Assembly: GCF_009914755.1 (NCBI RefSeq)
Contig: NC_060927.1
Reading direction: 5' to 3' (one strand)
Length of the DNA: 64,000 nucleotides
From: the human T2T-CHM13v2.0 reference genome, Homo sapiens
Under the pieces are notes generated by a model. That model had not been told where the DNA came from, searched no databases, and worked only from the letters and a program-made list of their open reading frames with translations. Both the position numbers and the translations under genes were made by a program. Shown here piece by piece: positions 26,101 through 40,472 of this stretch (its first letter is position 1; each line of letters starts with the position of its first letter).

Positions 26101-29100
26101 CGTTTCCAACGAAGGCCTCAAATACATCCAAATATCCAGTTGCTGACTTTACAAACTGAGTGTTTCCAAACTGCTCTATGAAAAGAAAGGTTAAACACTG
26201 TGAGTTGAACACACACGTACCAAAGTAGTTTCTGAGAATGATTCTGTCTAGTTTGCATACGAAGATATTTCCTTTTCTACCATTGGCCTCAAAGCTCTGA
26301 AATCTCCACTTGCAAATTCCACAAAAAGAGAGTTTCAACTCTGCTGTTTCTAAAGGAAAGTTCAACTCTGAGAGTTGAATACACACCAGAAAAAGCAGTT
26401 ACTGAGAAGTCTTCTGTCTAGCATTATATGAAGAAATCCCATTTCCAACGAAGACTTCAAAGAGGTCCAAATATCCACTTGCAGATTCTGCAAAAAGAGT
26501 GTTTCGAAACAACTGTATGAAAAGAAAGGTTAAACACTGTGAGTTGAACGCACACATTGCAAAGCAGTTTCTGAGAATGATTCCGTCTAATTATTATACG
26601 AAGGTATTTCCTTTTCTATCATTGGCCTCAAAGCGCTTGATACCTCCACCTGAAAATTCCACAAAAAGAGTGTTTCCAATCTACTCTGTCTAAAGGAACG
26701 TTCAACTCTGTGAGTTGAATACACACACACAGAAAGAATTCACTGAGAATTCTTCTGTCTGGAATTACATGAAGAAATCCCGTTTCCAACGAAGGCCTCA
26801 AAGAGGTCCAAATATCCACTTGCAGATTCTGCAAAAAGAGTGTTTCAAAACCGCTCCATTAAAAGGAATGTTGAACTCTGTGAGTTGAATGCAAACATCA
26901 CAACTCAGTTGCTGAGAATGCTTCTGACTAGATTTTATGGTAAGATATTTCCTTTTCTACCATAGGCTTCAATGCCCTCTAAATACACCCTTGCAAATTC
27001 TACAAAGAGACTGTTTCATAACTGCTCTATAGGAAGAAAGGTTCAACTCTGTGAGTTGAATGCAGAGATCACAACGTGGTTTCTGCGAATGATGCTTTGT
27101 AGTTTTTACATGAAGATATTTCGTTGTCAACCGTAGGCTTCAAAGCACTCAAAGTATTCACTTGGAACTTTTACAAAAAGAGTGTTAGAAAACTGCTCTT
27201 TCCAAAGTAAGGTTCAACTCTGTGAGTTGAATGCACACATAACAATCAAGAAGTTTCTGAGAATTCTTCTGTCCTGGTTTATATGAAAAAATCCCGTTTC
27301 CAACGAAGGCCTCAAAGACGTTTAAATATCCACTTGCAGACTTCACAAACAGAGGGTTTCCAAACTGCTCTATGAAAACAAAGGTTAAACTCTGTGAGTT
27401 GAACGCACACATCACAAAGTAGCTTCTGAGAATGATACTGTCTAGTTTTTATACGAAGATATTTCCTTTCTACCATTGGCGTCAAAGCGCTAGAATTCTC
27501 CACTTGCAAATTCCACAAAAAGAGAGTTTCCAATCTGCTCTGTCTAAAGGAAGGTTCAACTCTGTGAGTTGAATACACACACACAAAGAAGCTACTGAGA
27601 ATTCTTTTGTCAAGAATTATAAGAAGAAATCCCGTTTCCAACGAAGGCCTCAAAGAGTTCCAAATATCCACTTGCACACTGCACAAACTAAGTCTTTCCA
27701 AACTGCTCTATGCAAAGAAATGTTCAACTCTGTGAGTTTAATACACACATCACAAAGCAGTTTCTGAGAATGATACTGTCTAGTTTTTATACGAAGATAT
27801 TTCCTTTTGTACCATTGGCCTCATACTGCTAGAATTTTCCACTTGCAAATTCCACAAAAAGAGTGTTTCCAATCCGCTCTGTCTAAAGGAAGGTTCAACT
27901 CTCTGATTTGAATACATACATCCCAAAAGAAGTTACTGAGAATTCTTCTGTCTAGCATTATGTGAAGAAATCCCGTTTCCAACGAAAGCCTCAAAGAGGT
28001 CCAAATATCCAGTTGCAGAATTTACAAACTGACTGTTTCCAAACTCATCTATGAAAAGAAAGGTTAAACTCTGTGAGTTGAATGCACATATCACAAAGTA
28101 GTTCCTGAGAATGATTCTGTCTAGTTTTTATACGAAGATATTTCCTTTTCCACCAATGGCCTCAAAGTGCTTGAAATCTCCCCTTGCAAATTCCACAGAC
28201 AAGTGTTTCAAATCTGCACTGTCTAAAGGAAGGTTCAACCCTGTGAGTTGAATACACACACACAGAAAAAAATTCACTGAGAATTCTATTGTCTATCATT
28301 ACACGAAGAAATCCCGTTTACTACGAAGGCCTCAAAGAGGTCCAAATATCCAGCTGCAGACATTACAAACTGAGTGTTTCCAAAGTGCTCTATGAAAAGA
28401 AGTGTTAAACACTGTGAGTTCAATGCACACATCCCAAAGCAGTTTCTGAGAATGATTCCGTCTATTTTTTCTACGAAGATATTTCCTTTTCTGCCGTTGG
28501 CCTCAAAGCGCTTGAAATCTCCACTTGCAAATTCCACAAAAAGAGAGTTTCAAATCTGCTCTGTCTAAAGGAAGGTTCAACTCTGTGAGTTGAATACACA
28601 CCACAAAAAGAAGTTACTGAGAATTCTTCTGTCTAGCATTATATGAAAAATCCCGTTTCCAACGAAGGCCACAAAGAGGTCCAAATATCCACTTGCAGAT
28701 TCTGCAAAAAGAGTGTTTCCAAACTGCTCTATGAAAAGAAACGTTAAACTCTGTGAGTTGAACGCAAACATCACAAAGTAGTTTCTGAGAATGACTCCGT
28801 CTAGTTTTTATACGAAGATATTTCCTTTCCTACCATTCACTTCAAAGCGCTTGAAGTCTCCCCCTGAAAATTCCACAAAAAGTGTTTCCAATCTGCTCCG
28901 CCTAAAGGAAGCTTCAACTCTGTGACTTGAATACCCACAACCCAAAGAAGTTACTGAGAATTCTTCTGTCTAGCATTATATGAAGAAATCCCGTTTCCAA
29001 CGAAGGCCTCAAATACATCCAAATATCCAGTTGCTGACTTTACAAACTGAGTGTTTCCAAACTGCTCTATGAAAAGAAAGGTTAAACACTGTGAGTTGAA

Positions 29101-32100
29101 CACACACGTACCAAAGTAGTTTCTGAGAATGATTCTGTCTAGTTTGCATACGAAGATATTTCCTTTTCTACCATTGGCCTCAAAGCTCTGAAATCTCCAC
29201 TTGCAAATTCCACAAAAAGAGAGTTTCAAATCTGCTGTTTCTAAAGGAAAGTTCAACTCTGAGAGTTGAATACACACCAGAAAAAGCAGTTACTGAGAAG
29301 TCTTCTGTCTAGCATTATATGAAGAAATCCCATTTCCAACGAAGACTTCAAAGAGGTCCAAATATCCACTTGCAGATTCTGCAAAAAGAGTGTTTCGAAA
29401 CAACTGTATGAAAAGAAAGGTTAAACACTGTGAGTTGAACGCACACATTGCAAAGCGGTTTCTGAGAATGATTCCGTCTAATTATTATACGAAGGTATTT
29501 CCTTTTCTATCATTGGCCTCAAAGCGCTTGATACCTCCACCTGAAAATTCCACAAAAAGAGTGTTTCCAATCTACTCTGTCTAAAGGAACGTTCAACTCT
29601 GTGAGTTGAATACACACACACAGAAAGAATTCACTGAGAATTCTTCTGTCTGGCATTACATGAAGAAATCCCGTTTCCAACGAAGGCCTCAAAGAGGTCC
29701 AAATATCCACTTGCAGATTCTGCAAAAAGAGTGTTTCAAAACCGCTCCATTAAAAGGAATGTTGAACTCTGTGAGTTGAATGCAAACATCACAACTCAGT
29801 TGCTGAGAATGCTTCTGACTAGATTTTATGGTAAGATATTTCCTTTTCTACCGTAGGCTTCAATGCCCTCTAAATACACCCTTGCAAATTCTACAAAGAG
29901 ACTGTTTCATAACTGCTCTATAGGAAGAAAGGTTCAACTCTGTGAGTTGAATGCAGAGATCACAACGTGGTTTCTGCGAATGATTCTTTGTAGTTTTTAC
30001 ATGAAGATATTTCGTTGTCAACCGTAGGCTTCAAAGCACTCAAAGTATTCACTTGGAACTTTTACAAAAAGAGTGTTAGAAAACTGCTCTTTCCAAAGTA
30101 AGGTTCAACTCTGTGAGTTGAATGCACACATAACAATCAAGAAGTTTCTGAGAATTCTTCTGTCCTGGTTTATATGAAGAAATCCCGTTTCCAACGAAGG
30201 CCTCAAAGACGTTTAAATATCCACTTGCAGACTTCACAAACAGAGGGTTTCCAAACTGCTCTATGAAAAAAAAGGTTAAACTCTGTGAGTTGAACGCACA
30301 CATCACAAAGTAGCTTCTGAGAATGATACTGTCTAGTTTTTATACGAAGATATTTCCTTTCTACCACTGGCGTCAAAGCGCTAGAATTCTCCACTTGCAA
30401 ATTCCACAAAAAGAGTGTTTCCAATCTGCTCTGTCTAAAGGAAGGTTCAACTCTGTGAGTTGAATACACACACACAAAGAATCTACTGAGAATTCTTTTG
30501 TCAAGAATTACAAGAAGAAATCCCGTTTCCAACGAAGGCCTCAAAGAGTTCCAAATATCCACTTGCACACTGCACAAACTAAGTCTTTCCAAACTGCTCT
30601 ATGCAAAGAAATGTTCAACTCTGTGAGTTTAATACGCACATCACAAAGCAGTTTCTGAGAATGATACTGTCTAGTTTTTATACGAAGATATTTCCTTTTG
30701 TACCATTGGCCTCATACTGCTAGAATTTTCCACTTGCAAATTCCACAAAAAGAGTGTTTCCAATCCGCTCTGTCTAAAGGAAGGTTCAACTCTCTGATTT
30801 GAATACATACATCCCAAAAGAAGTTACTGAGAATTCTTCTGTCTAGCATTATGTGAAGAAATCCCGTTTCCAACGAAAGCCTCAAAGAGGTCCAAATATC
30901 CAGTTGCAGAATTTACAAACTGACTGTTTCCAAACTCATCTATGAAAAGAAAGGTTAAACTCTGGGAGTTGAATGCACATATCACAAAGTAGTTCCTGAG
31001 AATGATTCTGTCTAGTTTTCATACGAAGATATTTCCTTTTCCACCAATGGCCTCAAAGTGCTTGAAATCTCCCCTTGCAAATTCCACAGACAAGTGTTTC
31101 AAATCTGCACTGTCTAAAGGAAGGTTCAACCCTGTGAGTTGAATACACACACACAGAAAAAAATTCACTGAGAATTCTATTGTCTATCATTACACGAAGA
31201 AATCCCGTTTACTACGAAGGCCTCAAAGAGGTCCAAATATCCAGCTGCAGACATTACAAACTGAGTGTTTCCAAAGTGCTCTATGAAAAGAAGTGTTAAA
31301 CACTGTGAGTTCAATGCACACATCCCAAAGCAGTTTCTGAGAATGATTCCGTCTATTTTTTCTACAAAGATATTTCCTTTTCTGCCGTTGGCCTCAAAGC
31401 GCTTGAAATCTCCACTTGCAAATTCCACAAAAAGAGAGTTTCAAATCTGCTCTGTCTAAAGGAAGGTTCAACTCTGTGAGTTGAATACACACCACAAAAA
31501 GAAGTTACTGAGAATTCTTCTGTCTAGCATTATATGAAAAATCCCGTTTCCAACGAAGGCCACAAAGAGGTCCAAATATCCACTTGCAGATTCTGCAAAA
31601 AGAGTGTTTCCAAACTGCTCTATGAAAAGAAACGTTAAACTCTGTGAGTTGAACGCAAACATCACAAAGTAGTTTCTGAGAATGACTCCGTCTAGTTTTT
31701 ATACGAAGATATTTCCTTTCCTACCATTCACTTCAAAGCGCTTGAAGTCTCCCCCTGAAAATTCCACAAAAAGTGTTTCCAATCTGCTCCGCCTAAAGGA
31801 AGCTTCAACTCTGTGACTTGAATACCCACAACCCAAAGAAGTTACTGAGAATTCTTCTGTCTAGCATTATATGAAGAAATCCCGTTTCCAACGAAGGCCT
31901 CAAATACATCCAAATATCCAGTTGCTGACTTTACAAACTGAGTGTTTCCAAACTGCTCTATGAAAAGAAAGGTTAAACACTGTGAGTTGAACACACACGT
32001 ACCAAAGTAGTTTCTGAGAATGATTCTGTCTAGTTTGCATACGAAGATATTTCCTTTTCTACCATTGGCCTCAAAGCTCTGAAATCTCCACTTGCAAATT

Positions 32101-34692
32101 CCACAAAAAGAGAGTTTCAACTCTGCTGTTTCTAAAGGAAAGTTCAACTCTGAGAGTTGAATACACACCAGAAAAAGCAGTTACTGAGAAGTCTTCTGTC
32201 TAGCATTATATGAAGAAATCCCATTTCCAACGAAGACTTCAAAGAGGTCCAAATATCCACTTGCAGATTCTGCAAAAAGAGTGTTTCGAAACAACTGTAT
32301 GAAAAGAAAGGTTAAACACTGTGAGTTGAACGCACACATTGCAAAGCAGTTTCTGAGAATGATTCCGTCTAATTATTATACGAAGGTATTTCCTTTTCTA
32401 TCATTGGCCTCAAAGCGCTTGATACCTCCACCTGAAAATTCCACAAAAAGAGTGTTTCCAATCTACTCTGTCTAAAGGAACGTTCAACTCTGTGAGTTGA
32501 ATACACACACACAGAAAGAATTCACTGAGAATTCTTCTGTCTGGCATTACATGAAGAAATCCCGTTTCCAACGAAGGCCTCAAAGAGGTCCAAATATCCA
32601 CTTGCAGATTCTGCAAAAAGAGTGTTTCAAAACCGCTCCATTAAAAGGAATGTTGAACTCTGTGAGTTGAATGCAAACATCACAACTCAGTTGCTGAGAA
32701 TGCTTCTGACTAGATTTTATGGTAAGATATTTCCTTTTCTACCGTAGGCTTCAATGCCCTCTAAATACACCCTTGCAAATTCTACAAAGAGACTGTTTCA
32801 TAACTGCTCTATAGGAAGAAAGGTTCAACTCTGTGAGTTGAATGCAGAGATCACAACGTGGTTTCTGCGAATGATGCTTTGTAGTTTTTACATGAAGATA
32901 TTTCGTTGTCAACCGTAGGCTTCAAAGCACTCAAAGTATTCACTTGGAACTTTTACAAAAAGAGTGTTAGAAAACTGCTCTTTCCAAAGTAAGGTTCAAC
33001 TCTGTGAGTTGAATGCACACATAACAATCAAGAAGTTTCTGAGAATTCTTCTGTCCTGGTTTATATGAAAAAATCCCGTTTCCAACGAAGGCCTCAAAGA
33101 CGTTTAAATATCCACTTGCAGACTTCACAAACAGAGGGTTTCCAAACTGCTCTATGAAAACAAAGGTTAAACTCTGTGAGTTGAACGCACACATCACAAA
33201 GTAGCTTCTGAGAATGATACTGTCTAGTTTTTATACGAAGATATTTCCTTTCTACCATTGGCGTCAAAGCGCTAGAATTCTCCACTTGCAAATTCCACAA
33301 AAAGAGAGTTTCCAATCTGCTCTGTCTAAAGGAAGGTTCAACTCTGTGAGTTGAATACACACACACAAAGAAGCTACTGAGAATTCTTTTGTCAAGAATT
33401 ATAAGAAGAAATCCCGTTTCCAACGAAGGCCTCAAAGAGTTCCAAATATCCACTTGCACACTGCACAAACTAAGTCTTTCCAAACTGCTCTATGCAAAGA
33501 AATGTTCAACTCTGTGAGTTTAATACACACATCACAAAGCAGTTTCTGAGAATGATACTGTCTAGTTTTTATACGAAGATATTTCCTTTTGTACCATTGG
33601 CCTCATACTGCTAGAATTTTCCACTTGCAAATTCCACAAAAAGAGTGTTTCCAATCCGCTCTGTCTAAAGGAAGGTTCAACTCTCTGATTTGAATACATA
33701 CATCCCAAAAGAAGTTACTGAGAATTCTTCTGTCTAGCATTATGTGAAGAAATCCCGTTTCCAACGAAAGCCTCAAAGAGGTCCAAATATCCAGTTGCAG
33801 AATTTACAAACTGACTGTTTCCAAACTCATCTATGAAAAGAAAGGTTAAACTCTGTGAGTTGAATGCACATATCACAAAGTAGTTCCTGAGAATGATTCT
33901 GTCTAGTTTTTATACGAAGATATTTCCTTTTCCACCAATGGCCTCAAAGTGCTTGAAATCTCCCCTTGCAAATTCCACAGACAAGTGTTTCAAATCTGCA
34001 CTGTCTAAAGGAAGGTTCAACCCTGTGAGTTGAATACACACACACAGAAAAAAATTCACTGAGAATTCTATTGTCTATCATTACACGAAGAAATCCCGTT
34101 TACTACGAAGGCCTCAAAGAGGTCCAAATATCCAGCTGCAGACATTACAAACTGAGTGTTTCCAAAGTGCTCTATGAAAAGAAGTGTTAAACACTGTGAG
34201 TTCAATGCACACATCCCAAAGCAGTTTCTGAGAATGATTCCGTCTATTTTTTCTACGAAGATATTTCCTTTTCTGCCGTTGGCCTCAAAGCGCTTGAAAT
34301 CTCCACTTGCAAATTCCACAAAAAGAGAGTTTCAAATCTGCTCTGTCTAAAGGAAGGTTCAACTCTGTGAGTTGAATACACACCACAAAAAGAAGTTACT
34401 GAGAATTCTTCTGTCTAGCATTATATGAAAAATCCCGTTTCCAACGAAGGCCACAAAGAGGTCCAAATATCCACTTGCAGATTCTGCAAAAAGAGTGTTT
34501 CCAAACTGCTCTATGAAAAGAAACGTTAAACTCTGTGAGTTGAACGCAAACATCACAAAGTAGTTTCTGAGAATGACTCCGTCTAGTTTTTGTACGAAGA
34601 TATTTCCTTTCCTACCATTCACTTCAAAGCGCTTGAAGTCTCCCCCTGAAAATTCCACAAAAAGTGTTTCCAATCTGCTCCGCCTAAAGGAA
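23129..34692. repeat. Tandem duplication of a two-HOR block (U9-U10 and U11-U12, period 5,782 bp)
   Basis: Rare variants paired exactly 5,782 bp apart: 24585/30367, 24700/30482, 25584/31366, 26339/32121, 27094/32876, 27379/33161, 27525/33307. Confidence 0.9.
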
Positions 34693-37600
34693 GCTTCAAC
34701 TCTGTGACTTGAATACCCACAACCCAAAGAAGTTACTGAGAATTCTTCTGTCTAGCATTATATGAAGAAATCCCGTTTCCAACGAAGGCCTCAAATACAT
34801 CCAAATATCCAGTTGCTGACTTTACAAACTGAGTGTTTCCAAACTGCTCTATGAAAAGAAAGGTTAAACACTGTGAGTTGAACACACACGTACCAAAGTA
34901 GTTTCTGAGAATGATTCTCTCTAGTTTGCATACGAAGATATTTCCTTTTCTACCATTGGCCTCAAAGCTCTGAAATCTCCACTTGCAAATTCCACAAAAA
35001 GAGAGTTTCAAATCTGCTGTTTCTAAAGGAAAGTTCAACTCTGAGAGTTGAATACACACCAGAAAAAGCAGTTACTGAGAAGTCTTCTGTCTAGCATTAT
35101 ATGAAGAAATCCCATTTCCAACGAAGACTTCAAAGAGGTCCAAATATCCACTTGCAGATTCTGCAAAAAGAGTGTTTCGAAACAACTGTATGAAAAGAAA
35201 GGTTAAACACTGTGAGTTGAACGCACACATTGCAAAGCAGTTTCTGAGAATGATTCCGTCTAATTATTATACGAAGGTATTTCCTTTTCTATCATTGGCC
35301 TCAAAGCGCTTGATACCTCCACCTGAAAATTCCACAAAAAGAGTGTTTCCAATCTACTCTGTCTAAAGGAACGTTCAACTCTGTGAGTTGAATACACACA
35401 CACAGAAAGAATTCACTGAGAATTCTTCTGTCTGGCATTACATGAAGAAATCCCGTTTCCAACGAAGGCCTCAAAGAGGTCCAAATATCCACTTGCAGAT
35501 TCTGCAAAAAGAGTGTTTCAAAACCGCTCCATTAAAAGGAATGTTGAACTCTGTGAGTTGAATGCAAACATCACAACTCAGTTGCTGAGAATGCTTCTGA
35601 CTAGATTTTATGGTAAGATATTTCCTTTTCTACCGTAGGCTTCAATGCCCTCTAAATACACCCTTGCAAATTCTACAAAGAGACTGTTTCATAACTGCTC
35701 TATAGGAAGAAAGGTTCAACTCTGTGAGTTGAATGCAGAGATCACAACGTGGTTTCTGCGAACGATTCTTTGTAGTTTTTACATGAAGATATTTCGTTGT
35801 CAACCGTAGGCTTCAAAGCACTCAAAGTATTCACTTGGAACTTTTACAAAAAGAGTGTTAGAAAACTGCTCTTTCCAAAGTAAGGTTCAACTCTGTGAGT
35901 TGAATGCACACATAACAATCAAGAAGTTTCTGAGAATTCTTCTGTCCTGGTTTATATGAAGAAATCCCGTTTCCAACGAAGGCCTCAAAGACGTTTAAAT
36001 ATCCACTTGCAGACTTCACAAACAGAGGGTTTCCAAACTGCTCTATGAAAAGAAAAGTTAAACTCTGTGAGTTGAACGCACACATCACAAAGTAGCTTCT
36101 GAGAATGATACTGTCTAGTTTTTATACGAAGATATTTCCTTTCTACCATTGGCATCAAAGCGCTAGAATTCTCCACTTGCAAATTCCACAAAAAGAGTGT
36201 TTCCAATCTGCTCTGTCTAAAGGAAGGTTCAACTCTGTGAGTTGAATACACACACACAAAGAAGCTACTGAGAATTCTTTTGTCAAGAATTATAAGAAGA
36301 AATCCCGTTTCCAACGAAGGCCTCAAAGAGTTCCAAATATCCACTTGCACACTGCACAAACTAAGTGTTTCCAAACTGCTCTATGCAAAGAAATGTTCAA
36401 CTCTGTGAGTTTAATACACACATCACAAAGCAGTTTCTGAGAATGATACTGTCTAGTTTTTATACGAAGATATTTCCTTTTGTACCATTGGCCTCATACT
36501 GCTAGAATTTTCCACTTGCAAATTCCACAAAAAGAGTGTTTCCAATCCGCTCTGTCTAAAGGAAGGTTCAACTCTCTGATTTGAATACATACATCCCAAA
36601 AGAAGTTACTGAGAATTCTTCTGTCTAGCATTATGTGAAGAAATCCCGTTTCCAACGAAAGCCTCAAAGAGGTCCAAATATCCAGTTGCAGAATTTACAA
36701 ACTGACTGTTTCCAAACTCATCTATGAAAAGAAAGGTTGAACTCTATGAGTTGAATGCACATATCACAAAGTAGTTCCTGAGAATGATTCTGTCTAGTTT
36801 TCATACGAAGATATTTCCTTTTCACCAATGGCCTCAAAGTGCTTGAAATCTCCCCTTGCAAATTCCACAGACAAGTGTTTCAAATCTGCACTGTCTAAAG
36901 GAAGGTTCAACCCTGTGAGTTGAATACACACACACAGAAAAAAATTCACTGAGAATTCTATTGTCTATCATTACACGAAGAAATCCCGTTTACTACGAAG
37001 GCCTCAAAGAGGTCCAAATATCCAGCTGCAGACATTACAAACTGAGTGTTTCCAAAGTGCTCTATGAAAAGAAGTGTTAAACACTGTGAGTTCAATGCAC
37101 ACATCCCAAAGCAGTTTCTGAGAATGATTCCGTCTATTTTTTCTACGAAGATATTTACTTTTCTGCCGTTGGCCTCAAAGCGCTTGAAATCTCCACTTGC
37201 AAATTCCACAAAAAGAGAGTTTCAAATCTGCTCTGTCTAAAGGAAGGTTCAACTCTGTGAGTTGAATACACACCACAAAAAGAAGTTACTGAGAATTCTT
37301 CTGTCTAGCATTATATGAAAAATCCCGTTTCCAACGAAGGCCACAAAGAGGTCCAAATATCCACTTGCAGATTCTGCAAAAAGAGTGTTTCCAAACTGCT
37401 CTATGAAAAGAAACGTTAAACTCTGTGAGTTGAACGCAAACATCACAAAGTAGTTTCTGAGAATGACTCCGTCTAGTTTTTATACGAAGATATTTCCTTT
37501 CCTACCATTCACTTCAAAGCGCTTGAAGTCTCCCCCTGAAAATTCCACAAAAAGTGTTTCCAATCTGCTCCGCCTAAAGGAAGCTTCAACTCTGTGACTT

Positions 37601-40472
37601 GAATACCCACAACCCAAAGAAGTTACTGAGAATTCTTCTGTCTAGCATTATATGAAGAAATCCCGTTTCCAACGAAGGCCTCAAATACATCCAAATATCC
37701 AGTTGCTGACTTTACAAACTGAGTGTTTCCAAACTGCTCTATGAAAAGAAAGGTTAAACACTGTGAGTTGAACACACACGTACCAAAGTAGTTTCTGAGA
37801 ATGATTCTGTCTAGTTTGCATACGAAGATATTTCCTTTTCTACCATTGGCCTCAAAGCTCTGAAATCTCCACTTGCAAATTCCACAAAAAGAGAGTTTCA
37901 AATCTGCTGTTTCTAAAGGAAAGTTCAACTCTGAGAGTTGAATACACACCAGAAAAAGCAGTTACTGAGAAGTCTTCTGTCTAGCATTATATGAAGAAAT
38001 CCCATTTCCAACGAAGACTTCAAAGAGGTCCAAATATCCACTTGCAGATTCTGCAAAAAGAGTGTTTCGAAACAACTGTATGAAAAGAAAGGTTAAACAC
38101 TGTGAGTTGAACGCACACATTGCAAAGCAGTTTCTGAGAATGATTCCGTCTAATTATTATACGAAGGTATTTCCTTTTCTATCATTGGCCTCAAAGCGCT
38201 TGATACCTCCACCTGAAAATTCCACAAAAAGAGTGTTTCCAATCTACTCTGTCTAAAGGAACGTTCAACTCTGTGAGTTGAATACACACACACAGAAAGA
38301 ATTCACTGAGAATTCTTCTGTCTGGCATTACATGAAGAAATCCCGTTTCCAACGAAGGCCTCAAAGAGGTCCAAATATCCACTTGCAGATTCTGCAAAAA
38401 GAGTGTTTCAAAACCGCTCCATTAAAAGGAATGTTGAACTCTGTGAGTTGAATGCAAACATCACAACTCAGTTGCTGAGAATGCTTCTGACTAGATTTTA
38501 TGGTAAGATATTTCCTTTTCTACCGTAGGCTTCAATGCCCTCTAAATACACCCTTGCAAATTCTACAAAGAGACTGTTTCATAACTGCTCTATAGGAAGA
38601 AAGGTTCAACTCTGTGAGTTGAATGCAGAGATCACAACGTGGTTTCTGCGAACGATTCTTTGTAGTTTTTACATGAAGATATTTCGTTGTCAACCGTAGG
38701 CTTCAAAGCACTCAAAGTATTCACTTGGAACTTTTACAAAAAGAGTGTTAGAAAACTGCTCTTTCCAAAGTAAGGTTCAACTCTGTGAGTTGAATGCACA
38801 CATAACAATCAAGAAGTTTCTGAGAATTCTTCTGTCCTGGTTTATATGAAAAAATCCCGTTTCCAACGAAGGCCTCAAAGACGTTTAAATATCCACTTGC
38901 AGACTTCACAAACAGAGGGTTTCCAAACTGCTCTATGAAAAGAAAGGTTAAACTCTGTGAGTTGAACGCACACATCACAAAGTAGCTTCTGAGAATGATA
39001 CTGTCTAGTTTTTATACGAAGATATTTCCTTTCTACCATTGGCGTCAAAGCGCTAGAATTCTCCGCTTGCAAATTCCACAAAAAGAGTGTTTCCAATCTG
39101 CTCTGTCTAAAGGAAGGTTCAACTCTGTGAGTTGAATACACACACACAAAGAAGCTACTGAGAATTCTTTTGTCAAGAATTATAAGAAGAAATCCCGTTT
39201 CCAACGAAGGCCTCAAAGAGTTCCAAATATCCACTTGCACACTGCACAAACTAAGTCTTTCCAAACTGCTCTATGCAAAGAAATGTTCAACTCTGTGAGT
39301 TTAATACACACATCACAAAGCAGTTTCTGAGAATGATACTGTCTAGTTTTTATACGAAGATATTTCCTTTTGTACCATTGGCCTCATACTGCTAGAATTT
39401 TCCACTTGCAAATTCCACAAAAAGAGTGTTTCCAATCCGCTCTGTCTAAAGGAAGGTTCAACTCTCTGATTTGAATACATACATCCCAAAAGAAGTTACT
39501 GAGAATTCTTCTGTCTAGCATTATGTGAAGAAATCCCGTTTCCAACGAAAGCCTCAAAGAGGTCCAAATATCCAGTTGCAGAATTTACAAACTGACTGTT
39601 TCCAAACTCATCTATGAAAAGAAAGGTTGAACTCTATGAGTTGAATGCACATATCACAAAGTAGTTCCTGAGAATGATTCTGTCTAGTTTTCATACGAAG
39701 ATATTTCCTTTTCACCAATGGCCTCAAAGTGCTTGAAATCTCCCCTTGCAAATTCCACAGACAAGTGTTTCAAATCTGCACTGTCTAAAGGAAGGTTCAA
39801 CCCTGTGAGTTGAATACACACACACAGAAAAAAATTCACTGAGAATTCTATTGTCTATCATTACACGAAGAAATCCCGTTTACTACGAAGGCCTCAAAGA
39901 GGTCCAAATATCCAGCTGCAGACATTACAAACTGAGTGTTTCCAAAGTGCTCTATGAAAAGAAGTGTTAAACACTGTGAGTTCAATGCACACATCCCAAA
40001 GCAGTTTCTGAGAATGATTCCGTCTATTTTTTCTACGAAGATATTTCCTTTTCTGCCGTTGGCCTCAAAGCGCTTGAAATCTCCACTTGCAAATTCCACA
40101 AAAAGAGAGTTTCAAATCTGCTCTGTCTAAAGGAAGGTTCAACTCTGTGAGTTGAATACACACCACAAAAAGAAGTTACTGAGAATTCTTCTGTCTAGCA
40201 TTATATGAAAAATCCCGTTTCCAACGAAGGCCACAAAGAGGTCCAAATATCCACTTGCAGATTCTGCAAAAAGAGTGTTTCCAAACTGCTCTATGAAAAG
40301 AAACGTTAAACTCTGTGAGTTGAACGCAAACATCACAAAGTAGTTTCTGAGAATGACTCCGTCTAGTTTTTATACGAAGATATTTCCTTTCCTACCATTC
40401 ACTTCAAAGCGCTTGAAGTCTCCCCCTGAAAATTCCACAAAAAGTGTTTCCAATCTGCTCCGCCTAAAGGAA
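34693..40472. repeat. Two adjacent 2,890-bp HOR copies (U13, U14) sharing a 1-bp deletion
   Basis: ttttcaccaatgg instead of ttttccaccaatgg at ~36823 and ~39713. ORF spacing drops to 2,890 twice. Confidence 0.92.
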
